Below the pieces are notes generated by a model. It had not been told where the DNA came from. It saw only the letters and a program-made list of their open reading frames with translations, and did no database searches. Made by a program: the position numbers and the translations under genes. Source: an uncultured virus (IMG/VR IMGVR_UViG_3300010885_058378) (Duplodnaviria; Heunggongvirae; Uroviricota; Caudoviricetes). From it: a DNA stretch of 64,000 nt. Below, one piece after another: positions 52,645-61,822 of the stretch. Every line of letters starts with the position of its first letter. The stretch's first letter is position 1. The stretch spans positions 1-64,000 of the IMG/VR virus record IMGVR_UViG_3300010885_058378. One strand, 5' to 3'.

Positions 52645-54679
52645 AGAAGATGTAATTAAAAACTTTGGTGATGAGATTATATTGTCTGGCAATGCTATGG
52701 TAGACAAGAAAGTATTAACCATTCCTGTTAGTCCATCATTAGATATTGCTTTAAATGGTGGCATACCAGAAGGTAGTTTTGTTGTTTTAACGGGACAACC
52801 CAAATGTGGTAAGCTACAACGATTGACCGATTTAATTTATACTCCAAATGGTCGAGTAACTATTGGATCAATAAAATCAGAAGATATAATATGTAATCCT
52901 AATGGATCTACATCTAAAGTAATTGGTATTTATCCTCAAGGTAAAAAAGATATTTATCAGGTTAGTTTTAATGATGGTTCCAAAACCTATTGTGGACTAG
53001 AACATAATTGGTTGGTAGCAAAAAATAATCGAACAAATGACTACAAAGTTTTAACTTTACAAGAAATTATATCGGAAGGATTAAGACTAAATGATCGTTG
53101 GAAATGGAAAATTCCACTAACAAAACCAGTTTATTTTAAGCAAACAAAAAAGCTTTCAATTGATCCGTATATTCTTGGATGTTTGATCGGTGACGGAGGA
53201 TTAACACAAAAAACTCCAAAAATCACCACATCAGATCAGTTTATTCTAAGAAAATTCAAAATCTTTGTTAAAAAACGTGGCTTATCTATCAAGCAAGTGT
53301 CTCAATATGATTATAATATAAGTGGAAAAATAGATTCAAACGTTTTAATTAGAAATACTATTACAAAAGATCTTAAAGAATTAAAACTTTATGGTTGCTC
53401 TTCGCATGATAAGTTTATTCCACAACACTACAGATACTCCTCTATATCAAATAGATGGAAACTTATACGCGGCCTAATGGACACAGACGGATCAAATGAC
53501 AATGGACTTAGAGCAGAATATTCCACTGTTTCTGAAACATTGGCAAAAGATGTTCAAGAAGTTTTAGAAAGCTTAGGATACACCTGTCAAATAAAACACA
53601 GATTTACAGGATATGAAGGTAAAGAGGGTAAGCAATTTCCATCTTATAGATTATATATTCATGGTAACGATATTGATAAACTCTTTAGTTTACCAAGAAA
53701 GAAAAGTGGACATATTAGAAGTAAGCCAGACCTTCATAGAACAATAGTTGATGTAGAAAAGGTTTCTCAAGAAGAAGCTATTTGTATTGAAGTAGATAGT
53801 CCTGATGGATTATATCTAACAAATAATTTCATTGTTACTCATAATACGACAACATCATTAGCATTTTCAGCAACAGCACAAAAAAAAGAATATGCTCATG
53901 GCTCATTTAAAGATGGTCGCCAAGTGTACTACCTTAACATTGAGGGTAGATTGAAGAAAAGAGATTTAGAAGGAATACCGGGACTAGACCTGAGCAGATT
54001 CCATATAATAGGAAGTCAACAAGGTAAGATTTTACATGGTGAAGAATATTTGCAAATTGGTGAAAGAATTATTAATGAAATACCTGGATGTGTTCTGATT
54101 ATAGACTCATACTCTGCTCTGTGTACCGAAGCAGAAATCACCAGTGATATGGATAAAATGCAAAGAGCAGACGGCGCTAAACTACTAGCAAAATTTTGTC
54201 GTAAAGTTGCTAATGTTATTCCTGTTAATCGTAATATTGTTATAGGTATTACTCACTTAATGGGTAATCCAACAGGTTATGGAGCAGAGTTTAAAGAAAA
54301 AAGCGGTCAAGCTATTGCTTATCAGACCGACATTAAGCTCAGGGCGAAGACATTTAAACCGTGGATCGTTGGAACCGACAATACTCAAATAGGGCAGGAG
54401 ATCGAATGGCAAGTGGTCTGCTCGGCACTTGGGCCTCCTGGGGCTGTGACAACCAGCTATGTTAGATATGGCCAAGGAATTGATAAGTATACAGAATTGA
54501 TCAATTTAGCATCTGATGTTGGTATTATTAATAAGGGCGGCGCTTGGTATACAATAACCGCACTTGATGATAAGCCAAAATTTCAAGGTACAGAAAAAGT
54601 TAGAAATTTTCTATTAGAAAATAAAGAAGCATACGATCTAGTTGAAAAGTCTGTTAAAGAGGTTTTAGGAATTAAATGA
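52625..54679 (+). CDS. recA: RecA/UvsX-like recombinase interrupted by an intein
   Basis: SLDIALNGGIP, GQPKCGK|T P-loop, IIDS, GINKGGAWY-like C-terminal motif; 340 aa after removing intein. Confidence 0.9.
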   Translation: MMATTLKEDVIKNFGDEIILSGNAMVDKKVLTIPVSPSLDIALNGGIPEGSFVVLTGQPKCGKLQRLTDLIYTPNGRVTIGSIKSEDIICNPNGSTSKVIGIYPQGKKDIYQVSFNDGSKTYCGLEHNWLVAKNNRTNDYKVLTLQEIISEGLRLNDRWKWKIPLTKPVYFKQTKKLSIDPYILGCLIGDGGLTQKTPKITTSDQFILRKFKIFVKKRGLSIKQVSQYDYNISGKIDSNVLIRNTITKDLKELKLYGCSSHDKFIPQHYRYSSISNRWKLIRGLMDTDGSNDNGLRAEYSTVSETLAKDVQEVLESLGYTCQIKHRFTGYEGKEGKQFPSYRLYIHGNDIDKLFSLPRKKSGHIRSKPDLHRTIVDVEKVSQEEAICIEVDSPDGLYLTNNFIVTHNTTTSLAFSATAQKKEYAHGSFKDGRQVYYLNIEGRLKKRDLEGIPGLDLSRFHIIGSQQGKILHGEEYLQIGERIINEIPGCVLIIDSYSALCTEAEITSDMDKMQRADGAKLLAKFCRKVANVIPVNRNIVIGITHLMGNPTGYGAEFKEKSGQAIAYQTDIKLRAKTFKPWIVGTDNTQIGQEIEWQVVCSALGPPGAVTTSYVRYGQGIDKYTELINLASDVGIINKGGAWYTITALDDKPKFQGTEKVRNFLLENKEAYDLVEKSVKEVLGIK
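52814..53845 (+). mobile_element. 344-aa class 3 intein with LAGLIDADG endonuclease
   Basis: Starts LQRLTDLIYTPNG, block B C..EHNW, LGCLIGDG and LIRGLMDTDG, block F AICIEV, ends VTHN/T. Confidence 0.9.
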
Positions 54680-55095
54680 ATATTATTGATTTAGATGGAA
54701 ATCAGATTAACTGGAGCCTAACTGGTCATATTTCTAAAGGAAGAATTCATGATAAGTCTTCTTTCCATTTAGCAGCCAGGAAATTACTAATAGATAGTTT
54801 TCCAACACTGCAAATACTAGAAGAAGTTCCTATTCCATTAAGAAGATCAGAAACACTATATCTTGATTTTTATTTACCGCTAATAAAAAGAGTAATAGAG
54901 GTTCATGGAGAACAACACTATAAGTTTATTCCATTCTATCATAGTTCTAAAATGAATTTTTTAAAAGCACAAAAAAGAGATAATGAAAAAAAAGAATGGT
55001 GTGAAAAAAATGGTATAACTCATACCGTATTGCCATATAATGAGCCAATAGAAACATGGAGAAAGATACTGTCTTATGAGCACACGAACAGCTAA
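54676..55095 (+). CDS. PD-(D/E)XK / Vsr-like endonuclease
   Basis: LYLDFYLP..IEVHGEQH...RD..K..WC. Confidence 0.75.
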   Translation: MNIIDLDGNQINWSLTGHISKGRIHDKSSFHLAARKLLIDSFPTLQILEEVPIPLRRSETLYLDFYLPLIKRVIEVHGEQHYKFIPFYHSSKMNFLKAQKRDNEKKEWCEKNGITHTVLPYNEPIETWRKILSYEHTNS

Positions 55096-55573
55096 AGAAG
55101 ATTTACAGCACTGGGATAATATTCTAGACGAATACGAATCCTCAATAGCTCTGCCCAAATACTCTGCTCAATACGGAGTATCAGAGAGTGAGATTAATCA
55201 GTATTTAACAATGACAAGAGATGAACTTGAAAAGATATCGCCAGAAGATTGTGCTCAAATATCTTATAGATTAGCCCAATTCTCGTTCCATGTTCAAAGA
55301 ACAATAAATAGAGAAATTGCCAGATGTAATTGGTCAGAAGAATCTATAAAAGAAACAATAGCTGATGAGATCAATAATTATAAAGGATATGGTTTTATAG
55401 AAAAATCTTTACAAGCGATTAAACATAATGACAAAGCCTCAGCATTAAATAGTATAAAGAAGTATGCAAAACAAAGAATTGACAGACTATCATATATTGC
55501 CAATAGTATAAAAAATCTATCTGATATTATGATGGCTATACAAAGAACAAAGGTGCAACATGGACCCAAATGA
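55076..55573 (+). CDS. helical hypothetical protein (possible recombination mediator)
   Basis: 165 aa helical ORF between recA and helicase; function inferred from position only. Confidence 0.55.
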   Translation: MSTRTAKEDLQHWDNILDEYESSIALPKYSAQYGVSESEINQYLTMTRDELEKISPEDCAQISYRLAQFSFHVQRTINREIARCNWSEESIKETIADEINNYKGYGFIEKSLQAIKHNDKASALNSIKKYAKQRIDRLSYIANSIKNLSDIMMAIQRTKVQHGPK

Positions 55574-56003
55574 GATTTTAAAAAACCCAGAACAAATTAA
55601 GGCACTAATCTCTCTTTTACAGGGATTGGTCGATCAGGTAACTCCAGAACAAGAGCCAGAAGAAGAAACCAAAAATAAGAGGGTGGCACCGTCCAAACCG
55701 GGGTCTACTATAAAAACGAAAGGTGGTCAAAAAGTAGGAAACAACAAATCGATCAAATCCAAAAAAACACAGCCAACAAATATTAATGCATTTGAAAAAA
55801 TGGCTGAGTTTAGAATGCACAAGGATGATTGTGCTATAGATAAAAAACTATGCTCAAATGAGCCTGTAGCAAGAATGAGGGAATTTGAATTTGTCGATGT
55901 TGTTTGTCGTGTTTGCGGCAAAAAGGAATCTATTGCTCCATCACTACTATTTGATGCTCCTTCTCGATACAAGTGTAATAATTGCTCAACCCAATCTGGC
56001 TAA
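55560..56003 (+). CDS. hypothetical protein with C-terminal Zn finger
   Basis: CRVC...CNNC. Confidence 0.65.
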   Translation: MDPNEILKNPEQIKALISLLQGLVDQVTPEQEPEEETKNKRVAPSKPGSTIKTKGGQKVGNNKSIKSKKTQPTNINAFEKMAEFRMHKDDCAIDKKLCSNEPVARMREFEFVDVVCRVCGKKESIAPSLLFDAPSRYKCNNCSTQSG

Positions 56004-56006
56004 AAT

Positions 56007-57476
56007 ATGATTTTGTGTGATCCGTCGGCAGAGAGAGCCATTCTTAGTGGTATCTTAAAGTATGGTGAGGATGCCTATTTGGATATCGCTGATATCTTAC
56101 AGGAGTCTTCATTCACCATAGATAGTAATCAGATAATATTCAAATGTCTGAAAAATATTTGTGAAAATGAACCAAAGACTAAAATTGATTTAGCATCTGT
56201 ATACTCGTCAGCACAAGAACTGGGTTTATCTGAAGTTCTATCAAAAAAGGACGAGGCTCAGCATTTAAAGGCTATATTTGATTTTCCAGTTAATTTGGAA
56301 AATATTAGAAAATTCGCCTCTAAAATTAAGAAGCTAGAAATAGCAAGACTTCTTCACAAGGAAATGGATCAGGTCCAGGAAAGACTTCTTGATGTAACAG
56401 GAAGCGAATCTATATCTAATATTATAGGAATAGCAGAAGAATCCATATTTAGCTTTTCCTCTTCGTTATCTAACGAGAGTGATGCTGCTCCAGCCTTTAT
56501 TGCTGGAGATATTGATAATTATATAGAATTTCTACAAACAAATAAGGTGGATCAAATTGGAATATCCACTGGATTTCCTGTTTATGATCAGGCTATTGGC
56601 GGAGGACTAAGAAAAGGAACGGTTAATGTTATTGCTGCCAGACCAAAGGTTGGTAAAACATTGTTATCCGATAATATTGGTTATTACATAGCAAGTAAAT
56701 TAAAGATTCCAGTTTTGAATATGGATACGGAAATGACAAGAGAAGACCATATTCATAGAATTCTTGCCATGTCCTCTGAAATTGAGATCAATAAGATTGA
56801 GACTGGTAAATTTTCTGATACTCCAAGCACTTTCTCTAAGATACAAGAGGCTATCAAAGAGTTAAAAGAAAGTCGCTTATATCATAAGAGTATTGCTGGT
56901 AAGCCATTTGAAGAACAACTATCTATAATGCGAAGATGGTTAGTCAAAGAAGTTGGACTTAATGACGATGGAACAGCAAAAGATTGCGTTATAATATATG
57001 ACTATCTAAAATTAATGGATAGTGCCGGAATAAACCAAGATATGAAAGAATATCAGGTTCTTGGTTTTATGATGACGGCACTTCATAACTTTGCTATACA
57101 GTATAAAGTTCCCATACTATCATTCATTCAGTTGAATAGAGATGGAATCACAAAAGAAAGTACCGACACGGCCAGCGGATCTGACCGTATTATATGGTTG
57201 TGTAGCAACTTTACTATTTTCAAAAGAAAGAGTGACGAAGAAATCGCTGAAGATGGACAAGACGCTGGTAATAGAAAATTAGTACCCTTAATTAGTCGCC
57301 ACGGAGGAGGACTAGATGACAACGATTATATTAATTGTCATATGAAGGGGTGGTGTGCTAAGATAACAGAGGGTAAAACCAGACTAGAATTAATGAGCGG
57401 GTCGAACAAACAAAAGGACGGTTTCATAGTCGATGAAAACAATAATGAAGAAAAAAACGAAATACCATTCGTATGA
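56007..57476 (+). CDS. dnaB: replicative DnaB-like helicase
   Basis: AERAILS, GISTGF, ARPKVGKT, DTEM, IYDYL, QLNR, SRHG. Confidence 0.9.
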   Translation: MILCDPSAERAILSGILKYGEDAYLDIADILQESSFTIDSNQIIFKCLKNICENEPKTKIDLASVYSSAQELGLSEVLSKKDEAQHLKAIFDFPVNLENIRKFASKIKKLEIARLLHKEMDQVQERLLDVTGSESISNIIGIAEESIFSFSSSLSNESDAAPAFIAGDIDNYIEFLQTNKVDQIGISTGFPVYDQAIGGGLRKGTVNVIAARPKVGKTLLSDNIGYYIASKLKIPVLNMDTEMTREDHIHRILAMSSEIEINKIETGKFSDTPSTFSKIQEAIKELKESRLYHKSIAGKPFEEQLSIMRRWLVKEVGLNDDGTAKDCVIIYDYLKLMDSAGINQDMKEYQVLGFMMTALHNFAIQYKVPILSFIQLNRDGITKESTDTASGSDRIIWLCSNFTIFKRKSDEEIAEDGQDAGNRKLVPLISRHGGGLDDNDYINCHMKGWCAKITEGKTRLELMSGSNKQKDGFIVDENNNEEKNEIPFV

Positions 57477-58602
57477 TCAATATCAGTTAAAGCATTTATC
57501 TGATAAAGTATGCGACGATATTGAAAATCTATTATTGTCTTTGGGAATAGATTCCTATAAGATGCTAGATAAGATGGTCACCATGAGTTGTCCTATTCAT
57601 GGTGGAGATAATGACTCAGCATTCAATCTGTATCATCAAGGAGATACATATCGAGGCAACTGGAAATGTCGAACACACCAATGCGAAAATGTTTTTAAAT
57701 CATCAATAATAGGATTTATTAGAGGGTGCTTATCTCATCAAGAAGGATGGTCTAAGTCTGGTGATGATATGGTCTCTTTTAATGATGCCTTACAGTTTGC
57801 TATAAGCTTTAGTAAGCACGATCCGTCTGACCATAAACAAACAAGAAAAGCTAAAGAAAAAAATAACTTTGTTAATGCAGTTAAGAATATAACTCCAGAT
57901 AGTCAAAATAAACCACAACTAGTTCCTAGGTCTTTGGTCACTAAGGCACTAAACATACCATCAAAGTATTTTATAGATAGGGGTTTCTCCAAAAACATTC
58001 TTATTAAATATGATGTTGGAGACTGTATAGGACAAGGAAAAGAAATGAGCAGCAGGGCTGTGGTTCCTGTTTATGATAATGATATGATAGGAATGGCAGG
58101 ATGCACTGGTCGTAGCATATTTGACAAATGCAACGAATGCTCATGCTTTCATGATTCTCAACAATCATGCCCCGAAGATAAAGAAAAATGGCTAAGTTCT
58201 AAATGGAAACATAGTAAAAATTTTAAGACACAGGAATATCTGTATAATTACTGGTTTGCTAAAGACATTATTTTGAAGAATAAAACTGTTGTCATTGTTG
58301 AAAGTCCTGGAAATGTGTGGAGACTAGAAGAATCTGGTATACATAATTCTGTAGCTATTTTTGGATCTTCTCTGAGCCATAAACAAAAAATGCTTTTAGA
58401 CATATCCGGAGCAATGAATATAGTTACTATAATGGATAATGATGTTGCTGGCCAAGAAGCGTCAAAACAAATAGAATTAAAATGCGGAAGAACATACAAC
58501 ATCAAGCATATCAAATTATCCTCTAATGATGTTGCAGAAATGTCTCCCGATCAGATTAAGCAAGAAATTTTACCGCAAATACAGGACTATCAATTATGCT
58601 AA
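57433..58602 (+). CDS. dnaG: DnaG-like primase
   Basis: CPIH...WKC.THQC Zn finger, R.VVP..GR, TOPRIM VES..MDNDVAG. Confidence 0.85.
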   Translation: MKTIMKKKTKYHSYDQYQLKHLSDKVCDDIENLLLSLGIDSYKMLDKMVTMSCPIHGGDNDSAFNLYHQGDTYRGNWKCRTHQCENVFKSSIIGFIRGCLSHQEGWSKSGDDMVSFNDALQFAISFSKHDPSDHKQTRKAKEKNNFVNAVKNITPDSQNKPQLVPRSLVTKALNIPSKYFIDRGFSKNILIKYDVGDCIGQGKEMSSRAVVPVYDNDMIGMAGCTGRSIFDKCNECSCFHDSQQSCPEDKEKWLSSKWKHSKNFKTQEYLYNYWFAKDIILKNKTVVIVESPGNVWRLEESGIHNSVAIFGSSLSHKQKMLLDISGAMNIVTIMDNDVAGQEASKQIELKCGRTYNIKHIKLSSNDVAEMSPDQIKQEILPQIQDYQLC

Positions 58603-59327
58603 TATTAGGAATCTCTGGAAGGAAGCAGTCCGGAAAAAGCACAATAGGCAATTTTATACTATCTCTATATCTTGCTAAGCTAGGATATTGTGAAAAAATT
58701 TATATGGATGAAGATGGTCAATTATTGATTTCTGATATTCTGGGAGACACTAGGTATGAAGGTATTTTTGATATTAGAAAATTAGTGGATACATACAATG
58801 ATCCAAGATTTATACAAGCTATTAATAAGCTTAATTCAAAGGTAAAAATATACAATTTTGCTGATATTTTAAAAACAGACATCTGTATTAATATGCTAGG
58901 ATTAACATATGATCAGTGCTACGGAACAGATGATAATAAAAACGAAATGACAAACATAGTATGGAACGATAAGAAACTATCTGCTAGAGATGTTATGCAA
59001 GTTGTAGGCACTGATATTTTTAGAAAATTAGATACTAATGTGTGGGTTAGATCCACTATTAATAAGATTATTAGAGATAAACCAGACCTTGCTGTTATTA
59101 CTGATTGTCGATTTCCTAACGAAGTAGATTCTATTAAGCAAAGTGGTGGAAAGGTTATAAGATTAACTAGAAATCCATTTCAATCAGATCATCTAAGTGA
59201 AACAGTATTAGATAAAGACAACTATGATTGGTCTAATTTTGATTATGTAGTAGAAAATTCTGATGTTACTCTTCTTGATCAATTTACTCAGATTAAAAAA
59301 CTATTAGAGGAGATATTACCATTATAA
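58596..59327 (+). CDS. deoxynucleoside monophosphate kinase
   Basis: GISGRKQSGKS, FAD.LK, RDVMQ.VGT, ITDCRFPNE. Confidence 0.85.
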   Translation: MLILGISGRKQSGKSTIGNFILSLYLAKLGYCEKIYMDEDGQLLISDILGDTRYEGIFDIRKLVDTYNDPRFIQAINKLNSKVKIYNFADILKTDICINMLGLTYDQCYGTDDNKNEMTNIVWNDKKLSARDVMQVVGTDIFRKLDTNVWVRSTINKIIRDKPDLAVITDCRFPNEVDSIKQSGGKVIRLTRNPFQSDHLSETVLDKDNYDWSNFDYVVENSDVTLLDQFTQIKKLLEEILPL

Positions 59328-60361
59328 TAACATACTTTAGAAGTTCATCTTATAACACACACTCTCTTTGCGAACAGCAATATTTTGGTGAGTACGTACT
59401 AGGGTGGAGAGGATTGTCTGGCCAAAAAGCAGATAAAGGAACTATTACTCATAAAGTTCTTGAAATTTTAGCGGTTATGAAAAAAGCCGAGCAAGATGGA
59501 CAAACTACTATTGATGACGATCTTATCGGATTAGTTGATATTAATAATTATGATTTAAATAATTTAATAGAGAAAGTATATACCTATTATACTAATAATG
59601 CTCAGCATCATAAGTGGTCGGCTAAAGATCATAGAGACTGTAAAGACTGGGTTTATAAGGCTATAGAATTTAATGGCGGAATGTTTGATCCTAGAAAAAG
59701 AAATATTCTTTGTCCAGAACAACACTTTGATTTTGAGATTAAAAAACCCTGGGCTAAATACTCTTATGATATTGGCGGAGAAAAACTTGAGGGCAATCTA
59801 GCACTAAAGGGCACAATTGACTTAATAACATTGGTTAATGATTCTACAATAGAAGTAATAGACTGGAAAACTGGAAAAAGATTAGATTGGGCTACTGGAG
59901 AAGAAAAAACCCAAGAGAAGCTAGAAAAAGATCCACAGTTAAAGATCTATCACTATGCAATAAAACATCTTTATCCTCATATTAAGAATATAATATTTTC
60001 AATATATTTTATTAATGATGGTGGACCATTCTCCATTTGTTTTCATGATTCTGATCTAGCATCAACAGAAGATATGCTAAGACAAAAATTTGAAGCAATT
60101 AAAAGCACTAAAAAGCCAAGACTACATAAAAGCTGGATGTGCAGTAAGTTGTGTCATTTTGGCAAAACAACATTTGATGGAACTCATATTCAGCCAATAG
60201 AGGAATACAGAGATGGACAAGTATGCAAATCTGGTCAAACCATGACAAAGTGCGAACAGATAAAACACGACCTTGATCTTTATGGAATCGACACTACAAT
60301 TGGATTGTACAAGAACAAGAATCACTCATTTGGAAGTTACAAAGCACCCGGATCAATATGA
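59321..60361 (+). CDS. Cas4/RecB-like PD-(D/E)XK exonuclease
   Basis: GT..H, PEQ.F, GTIDL, IDWKTG, QL.IY, CSKLC; frame extends upstream of track start 59414 to ATT 59321 with GAGGAG RBS. Confidence 0.85.
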   Translation: MIITYFRSSSYNTHSLCEQQYFGEYVLGWRGLSGQKADKGTITHKVLEILAVMKKAEQDGQTTIDDDLIGLVDINNYDLNNLIEKVYTYYTNNAQHHKWSAKDHRDCKDWVYKAIEFNGGMFDPRKRNILCPEQHFDFEIKKPWAKYSYDIGGEKLEGNLALKGTIDLITLVNDSTIEVIDWKTGKRLDWATGEEKTQEKLEKDPQLKIYHYAIKHLYPHIKNIIFSIYFINDGGPFSICFHDSDLASTEDMLRQKFEAIKSTKKPRLHKSWMCSKLCHFGKTTFDGTHIQPIEEYRDGQVCKSGQTMTKCEQIKHDLDLYGIDTTIGLYKNKNHSFGSYKAPGSI

Positions 60362-61773
60362 CAAAAACATATTCAGTTCTTCATGCTCATTCTCACTATA
60401 GTCTTTTAGATGGAATTAGTAAACCTAGTCAAATAGCGGAAAGATGCGTTAATGCCGGAATTAAAACCTGTGCAATAACTGATCATGGAACTATTTCTGG
60501 ATGTGTGCAGTTCTATCAGGCAATGAAAGCCAAAAAGATTAAACCAATATTAGGTTGTGAACTTTATATATCTAAAAATGATTCTCTTATTAAAGAGAAA
60601 GAGAATAAAGATTTAAGTCATTTCCTCGTTCTTGCTAAAAATCTAGCAGGATGGAGAACTCTTGTAAAGATCATATCTGAAACTAACAGAATAGATAATT
60701 TCTATCATAAGCCTAGGATTAGTTTTGATAGATTAGCACCCATTCTAGACGGAAATATTATAGGGTTTTGTGGTCATTTAGGATCAAGCATATCAGATTT
60801 GGTTGAGGAAAATCCTGATAACTATACTGATAAGGCAATATCTTTTATAGACCATATGAAAGAAATATTTGGCAAAGATAATTTCTTTTTAGAAGCCCAA
60901 CTCATGGATCAGGAACTAAATCCTAAACAAAAAGAAATGACAGATATAATGAGACAATTATCTGTTAAAACTAAAACTAAAATAATAGCTACTCCAGATG
61001 CTCATTATTGTGAAAGAAAAGACGCTATTGATCAAAGGATTTTATTATGTAATAATCTTAAGACAACTTTAATAGATATAAATAAGAAACTCTTGGCTAA
61101 TGAGGAAGTGCCAATGGGTTGTTTTTTTAAATCGGACAACTATCATATTCCAGATCCAGAAGAAATGACGGAGTGGCATACTAGCGAAGAAATTGAAAAT
61201 ACTCTATATGTTGATTCAATGTGCGAAGAGTATTCTATTCTTAGTAAGCCAGCCCTTCCTGCCTTTGAATGTCCAAACAACTCTAATCCAGAAGAATATC
61301 TGAGACAATTATGTAGAGATGGTTGGCGAGAGAAGATAATGAATGATATTCCAGAGTCTGAGCATACCAAATATGCAGACAGAGTAAAATTAGAATTAGA
61401 TATTTTACAAAAAGCTGGATTATCTAGTTACTTTCTTATAGTACAAGATATTGTAAACTATGTTAAAAAGAGTGGATGGCTTCCAGGACCAGGAAGAGGA
61501 TGTTTTGTTCCTGATACGAACGTTAAAATGCACGACGGAACAACAAAAAAGATCTATCAAATCAATATAGGAGACATTATAATAGATGCCTATGGAAATC
61601 CCCAGGAAGTTTATGATACTTTGCAGTATGATATTAATGAAGATATTATTGAATTAATATTTGAAAATGAAAAAACTATTAGATGCACTAAAGATCATAA
61701 ATTTTTAACAAAAAATAGAGGGTGGGTAGAGGCCCAATATCTCTCAGATATAGATGATATTGTAGAAGTTTAA
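60358..61773 (+). CDS. dnaE: DNA polymerase III alpha N-fragment (PHP + palm start) fused to split intein N-half
   Basis: LHAHSHYSLLDG, AITDHG, GCE, DAHY, YFLIVQD, GPGRG then CFVPDT...TKDH. Confidence 0.95.
   Translation: MTKTYSVLHAHSHYSLLDGISKPSQIAERCVNAGIKTCAITDHGTISGCVQFYQAMKAKKIKPILGCELYISKNDSLIKEKENKDLSHFLVLAKNLAGWRTLVKIISETNRIDNFYHKPRISFDRLAPILDGNIIGFCGHLGSSISDLVEENPDNYTDKAISFIDHMKEIFGKDNFFLEAQLMDQELNPKQKEMTDIMRQLSVKTKTKIIATPDAHYCERKDAIDQRILLCNNLKTTLIDINKKLLANEEVPMGCFFKSDNYHIPDPEEMTEWHTSEEIENTLYVDSMCEEYSILSKPALPAFECPNNSNPEEYLRQLCRDGWREKIMNDIPESEHTKYADRVKLELDILQKAGLSSYFLIVQDIVNYVKKSGWLPGPGRGCFVPDTNVKMHDGTTKKIYQINIGDIIIDAYGNPQEVYDTLQYDINEDIIELIFENEKTIRCTKDHKFLTKNRGWVEAQYLSDIDDIVEV
61501..61773 (+). 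mobile_element. split intein N-half (90 aa)
   Basis: Cys1 CFVPDTNV, IGD, block B CTKDHKF, GWVEA..L...D, then stop codon. Confidence 0.9.
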
Positions 61774-61822
61774 AAAGAACCCCTTCCTAGACTTTTGGTG
61801 TATGTTTATATAGAGAAATATT

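Noticed and set aside
52805..52813. Cys in KCGK as the intein's first residue
   Set aside because: Splicing there would delete the GK of Walker A; block A alignment (LQRL = AQPL) places the start after Lys
59321..60361. Cas4-like gene as evidence of a CRISPR-Cas system
   Set aside because: No cas1/cas2, effector genes or array; solo Cas4-like nucleases are common in phage replication modules
61736..61822. Possible RBS-occluding pairing upstream of the dnaE-intervening nuclease (AATATCTCTC vs GAGAAATATT)
   Set aside because: AT-rich, one mismatch, about 65 nt apart; too weak to call without folding calculations
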